NCBI RefSeq assembly: GCF_044704955.1
Contig: NC_091997.1
Span: 64,790,001-64,854,000, forward strand
Length of the DNA stretch: 64,000 nt
Source: Pristiophorus japonicus
Lineage: Eukaryota
Direction of reading: 5' to 3'
Each line of letters starts with the position of its first letter. Position 1 is the first letter of the stretch. The notes below the pieces were generated by a model. That model did not search any database. It saw only the letters and a program-made list of their open reading frames with translations, and had not been told where the DNA came from. Shown here one piece after another: positions 61,451 through 64,000 of the stretch. The position numbers and the translations under genes were made by a program.

Positions 61451-62030
61451 TCATCAGCGGCAGTCCCCAAAAATCGAGGAAGACTTGTTTCCACTCTAAA
61501 AATGCGTTCTTAGGTAGCTGAACAGTCCAATACAGGAAATACAGTCTCTGTCACAGGTGGGACAGATAGTCGTTGAGGGAAGGGGAGGGTGGAACAGGTT
61601 TGCCGCACGCTCTTTCCGCTGCCTGCACTTGATTTCTGCATGCTCTCGGTGACGAGACTCGATGTGCTCAGCGCCTTCCCGGATGCACTTCCTCCACTTA
61701 GGGCGGTCTTTGGCCAGGGGCTCCCAGGTGTCGGTGGGGATGTTGCACTTTATCAGGGAGGCTTTCAGGGTGTCCTTGAAACGTTTCCGCTGCCCACCCG
61801 GGGCTCGCTTGCCTTGTAGGGGTTCCGAGTAGAGCGCTTGCTTTGGGAGTCTTGTGTCAGACATGTGAACAACGGAGCTGGTCGAGTGTGGTCAGTGCTT
61901 CAATACTGGGCATGTTGGCCTGATTGAGGACGCTAACGTTGGTGCATCTGTCCTCCCAGGGGATTTGTAGGATCTTGTGGTGACATCGTTGATGGTATTT
62001 CTGCAGCGATTTGAGGTGCCTACTGTATAT
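61451..62030 (-). mobile_element. RTE-clade LINE 3' fragment nested in an older plus-strand LINE tail (61320-62145)
   Basis: ORFs 61496-61864 (RLPKQALYSE..GGQRKRFKDTLK..CPTCDRDC) and 61857-62054. Confidence 0.87.
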
Positions 62031-62269
62031 GCACTGTGGGAGCACCTTCATCACACGGACTGCAGCGGTTCAAGAGGGAGTTAAACCACGTGCGCAGCTC
62101 GGCACGGGCAGTAAGCACGGCAATTGCCAGCGACACCCACATGAGATAACACATTTTTGCAAAGGGCTGGAGTTTATCCTCCAAGCAGTGTCAAATTGAA
62201 ATGGTGAGAGATTGCCTCCCTCCAGATCGCAGATCATTGTACATCGGCGTCTGACCAGGACCTGATCCT

Positions 62270-64000
62270 GAAATGACACTGCCACTTTTCGCAATTCTTG
62301 TCAATGGCGGTGGGACCGTGACAGTCAAACTGGGCCCTCAACAATTAAGATTTCTAAGAACTGCAATATTTTGAACTGGGAAAATTCTCATTGACTAATT
62401 GCTTTCCCAAAGAGACAGTTAATGTGCTCATCGGGCACATGATGACAGCACCAGAAGCTCAGGAGCCAATTAAAAGTCCGAATGATGATTCGGATGATCG
62501 ATTGAGATTTGCTGCACCTGTGCCCACCCATCAGGATGGTGTGGGGCTTTGCAAGAGTGGTTTCAGGCAATGCTTGAATTTACAGAATACAAACAACCAC
62601 AGAATGAAGAATCTCCATTCAGTCCAGCAAACTTGCTTGTTCCAGAGCCAATGTTCAGTCATGGACTCTACATTATCCATTCACAGCCCATGTACAGACT
62701 CCCCTACCCTGGACCATAACTGATCCACCGAATAGCCTGAGCACAAGTTCTGTAGAACTTCTTGCTCACCAAGCAGGACTCCACAATAGTCAGCTATTCT
62801 CACACCACCTTTACTCAATCCTGGCCAGTTGGCTTCGAGTGACCACATCCACATCCTTCGGGAACCATTGTTCCACACAGAGTATTTGATCATCAAAATT
62901 GTATTTAACAAACATCCCCTCTTGAATAGGAACAGATGGAGTTGAGTGGATAACTTACAGGTTAGAATTCTGGGAGCGATAAATCAAAATGGTTAGAATT
63001 TTAAAAGTTGACCTGCATTCACTCTGGACATGGCCCCGCTCTACCTTGGGCCCCACACGTCCAGAAAGGGGCACTGCTCACTGGGAATTAATCATGGGAG
63101 ATCGTAAGCGCAGAGCCTGTGATTTTCTGTCCATTAAAATGGATTATGGGCTACCTGTCGGTGGTCTCCTGACATACAGGGCCACAAGCCTCGGGTTGGC
63201 CCTCAGGGCTGTTTAGAAATGTTGTGGTTTGAGATCTCACCGAAGAGTTTTGATGCCTTCTCTGTCTTTTTCTTAAACCATTCACAGGTTGTGGGCGTCG
63301 CTGGCAAGGCCATCATTTTTTGGCCGTCCCTAATCGCCCTTGAGAAGGGTTCTGTATTCTGTAAATCCAAGCTTTCCCTAAAACCACTCTTGCAAAGCCC
63401 AATACCATCCTGATGGGCACAGGTGCTGCAAATCTCAATAGATCATCTGAATCATCATTAGGACTTTTAAATGACTCCCGAGTCCCTGGTGCTGTCATCA
63501 TGTGCCCGATAAGACACCGGTACGCTCGCGGCCTTCCGCGAGAGGTGGGCGCCGGAGGGACTGGATTGCATCATCACCCCCGGCAACCAAATTTTAATTT
63601 GATTTTATATCTTTTAAAGTTTAATTTGTTTTAATTGCCGGATTTTTAGTGCCCCCCCTCCCATTTTATAGGGGGCACTTGTAAATTATATGATTTTAAT
63701 GCCCCAAAAAAAATCACAAAAGGAAAAACAAATCCACAAAAAAAAAGAGGGCAGTTATAAGTGTCTGGAGTATCCCCCAGATCGGGGGGCACTCGATCTA
63801 ATGTTTATTTTGAACCCCCCCCAAAAGAGTTGTGCCCGATGAGCTCATTAACTGTCTCTTTGGGAAAGCAATTAGTCAATGAGAATTTTCCCAGTTCAAA
63901 ATATTCCAGTTCTTAGAAATCTTAATTGTTGAGGGCCCAGTTTGACTGTCACGGTCCCACCGCCATTGACAAGAATTGCGAAAAGTGGCAGTGTCATTTC
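62270..64000. repeat. Long inverted repeat: left arm 62270-62590; right arm 63354-63510 plus 63831-64000, extending beyond the window
   Basis: GAAATGACACTGCCACTTTTCGCAATTC at 62270 is the reverse complement of the window end; paired ORFs MMTAP..KSPNDDSDD.LRFAAPVP on opposite strands. Confidence 0.92.
63511..63830 (+). mobile_element. 5'-truncated Tx1-like LINE with a 10-bp TSD
   Basis: Shares CACCGGTACGCTCGCGGCCTTCCG...CAAATTTTAATTTGA with 35346-35607; TSD TGTGCCCGAT at 63501-63510 and 63831-63840. Confidence 0.85.

Overview
Eukaryotic, repeat-saturated vertebrate genomic DNA. The repeat families (abundant CR1 and L2 LINEs, SacSINE1/Deu-like tRNA SINEs, RTE, a 68-bp and a 33-bp minisatellite) are most consistent with a cartilaginous fish (shark); this is an inference, not a database result. 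No host protein-coding gene can be named. Most long ORFs are transposon remnants or frame artefacts of tandem repeats. Main content: two full-length but decayed Mag-like Gypsy LTR retrotransposons (13041-17787, 41701-46155) plus a solo LTR; a decayed autonomous-type PIF/Harbinger transposon (18132-26575) with a DDE transposase and a convergent, intron-containing Myb/SANT gene whose first intron holds about 4 kb of stacked CR1s; related non-autonomous Harbinger-like elements; many nested CR1/L2/RTE/Tx1 fragments; and an assembly gap at 30009-30202. The most notable signals are a CR1 copy carrying a dense strand-specific A-to-G cluster (possible fossil of ADAR editing), a 5'-inverted CR1, SINE-seeded minisatellite expansions, a perfect 40-bp hairpin, a structured module in a CR1 3' UTR, and a long inverted repeat whose arm identity drops next to a Tx1 insertion. 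There are also several unassigned candidate exons and TAAT-rich enhancer-like blocks. Boundaries of LINE/SINE fragments were set by eye and are approximate.
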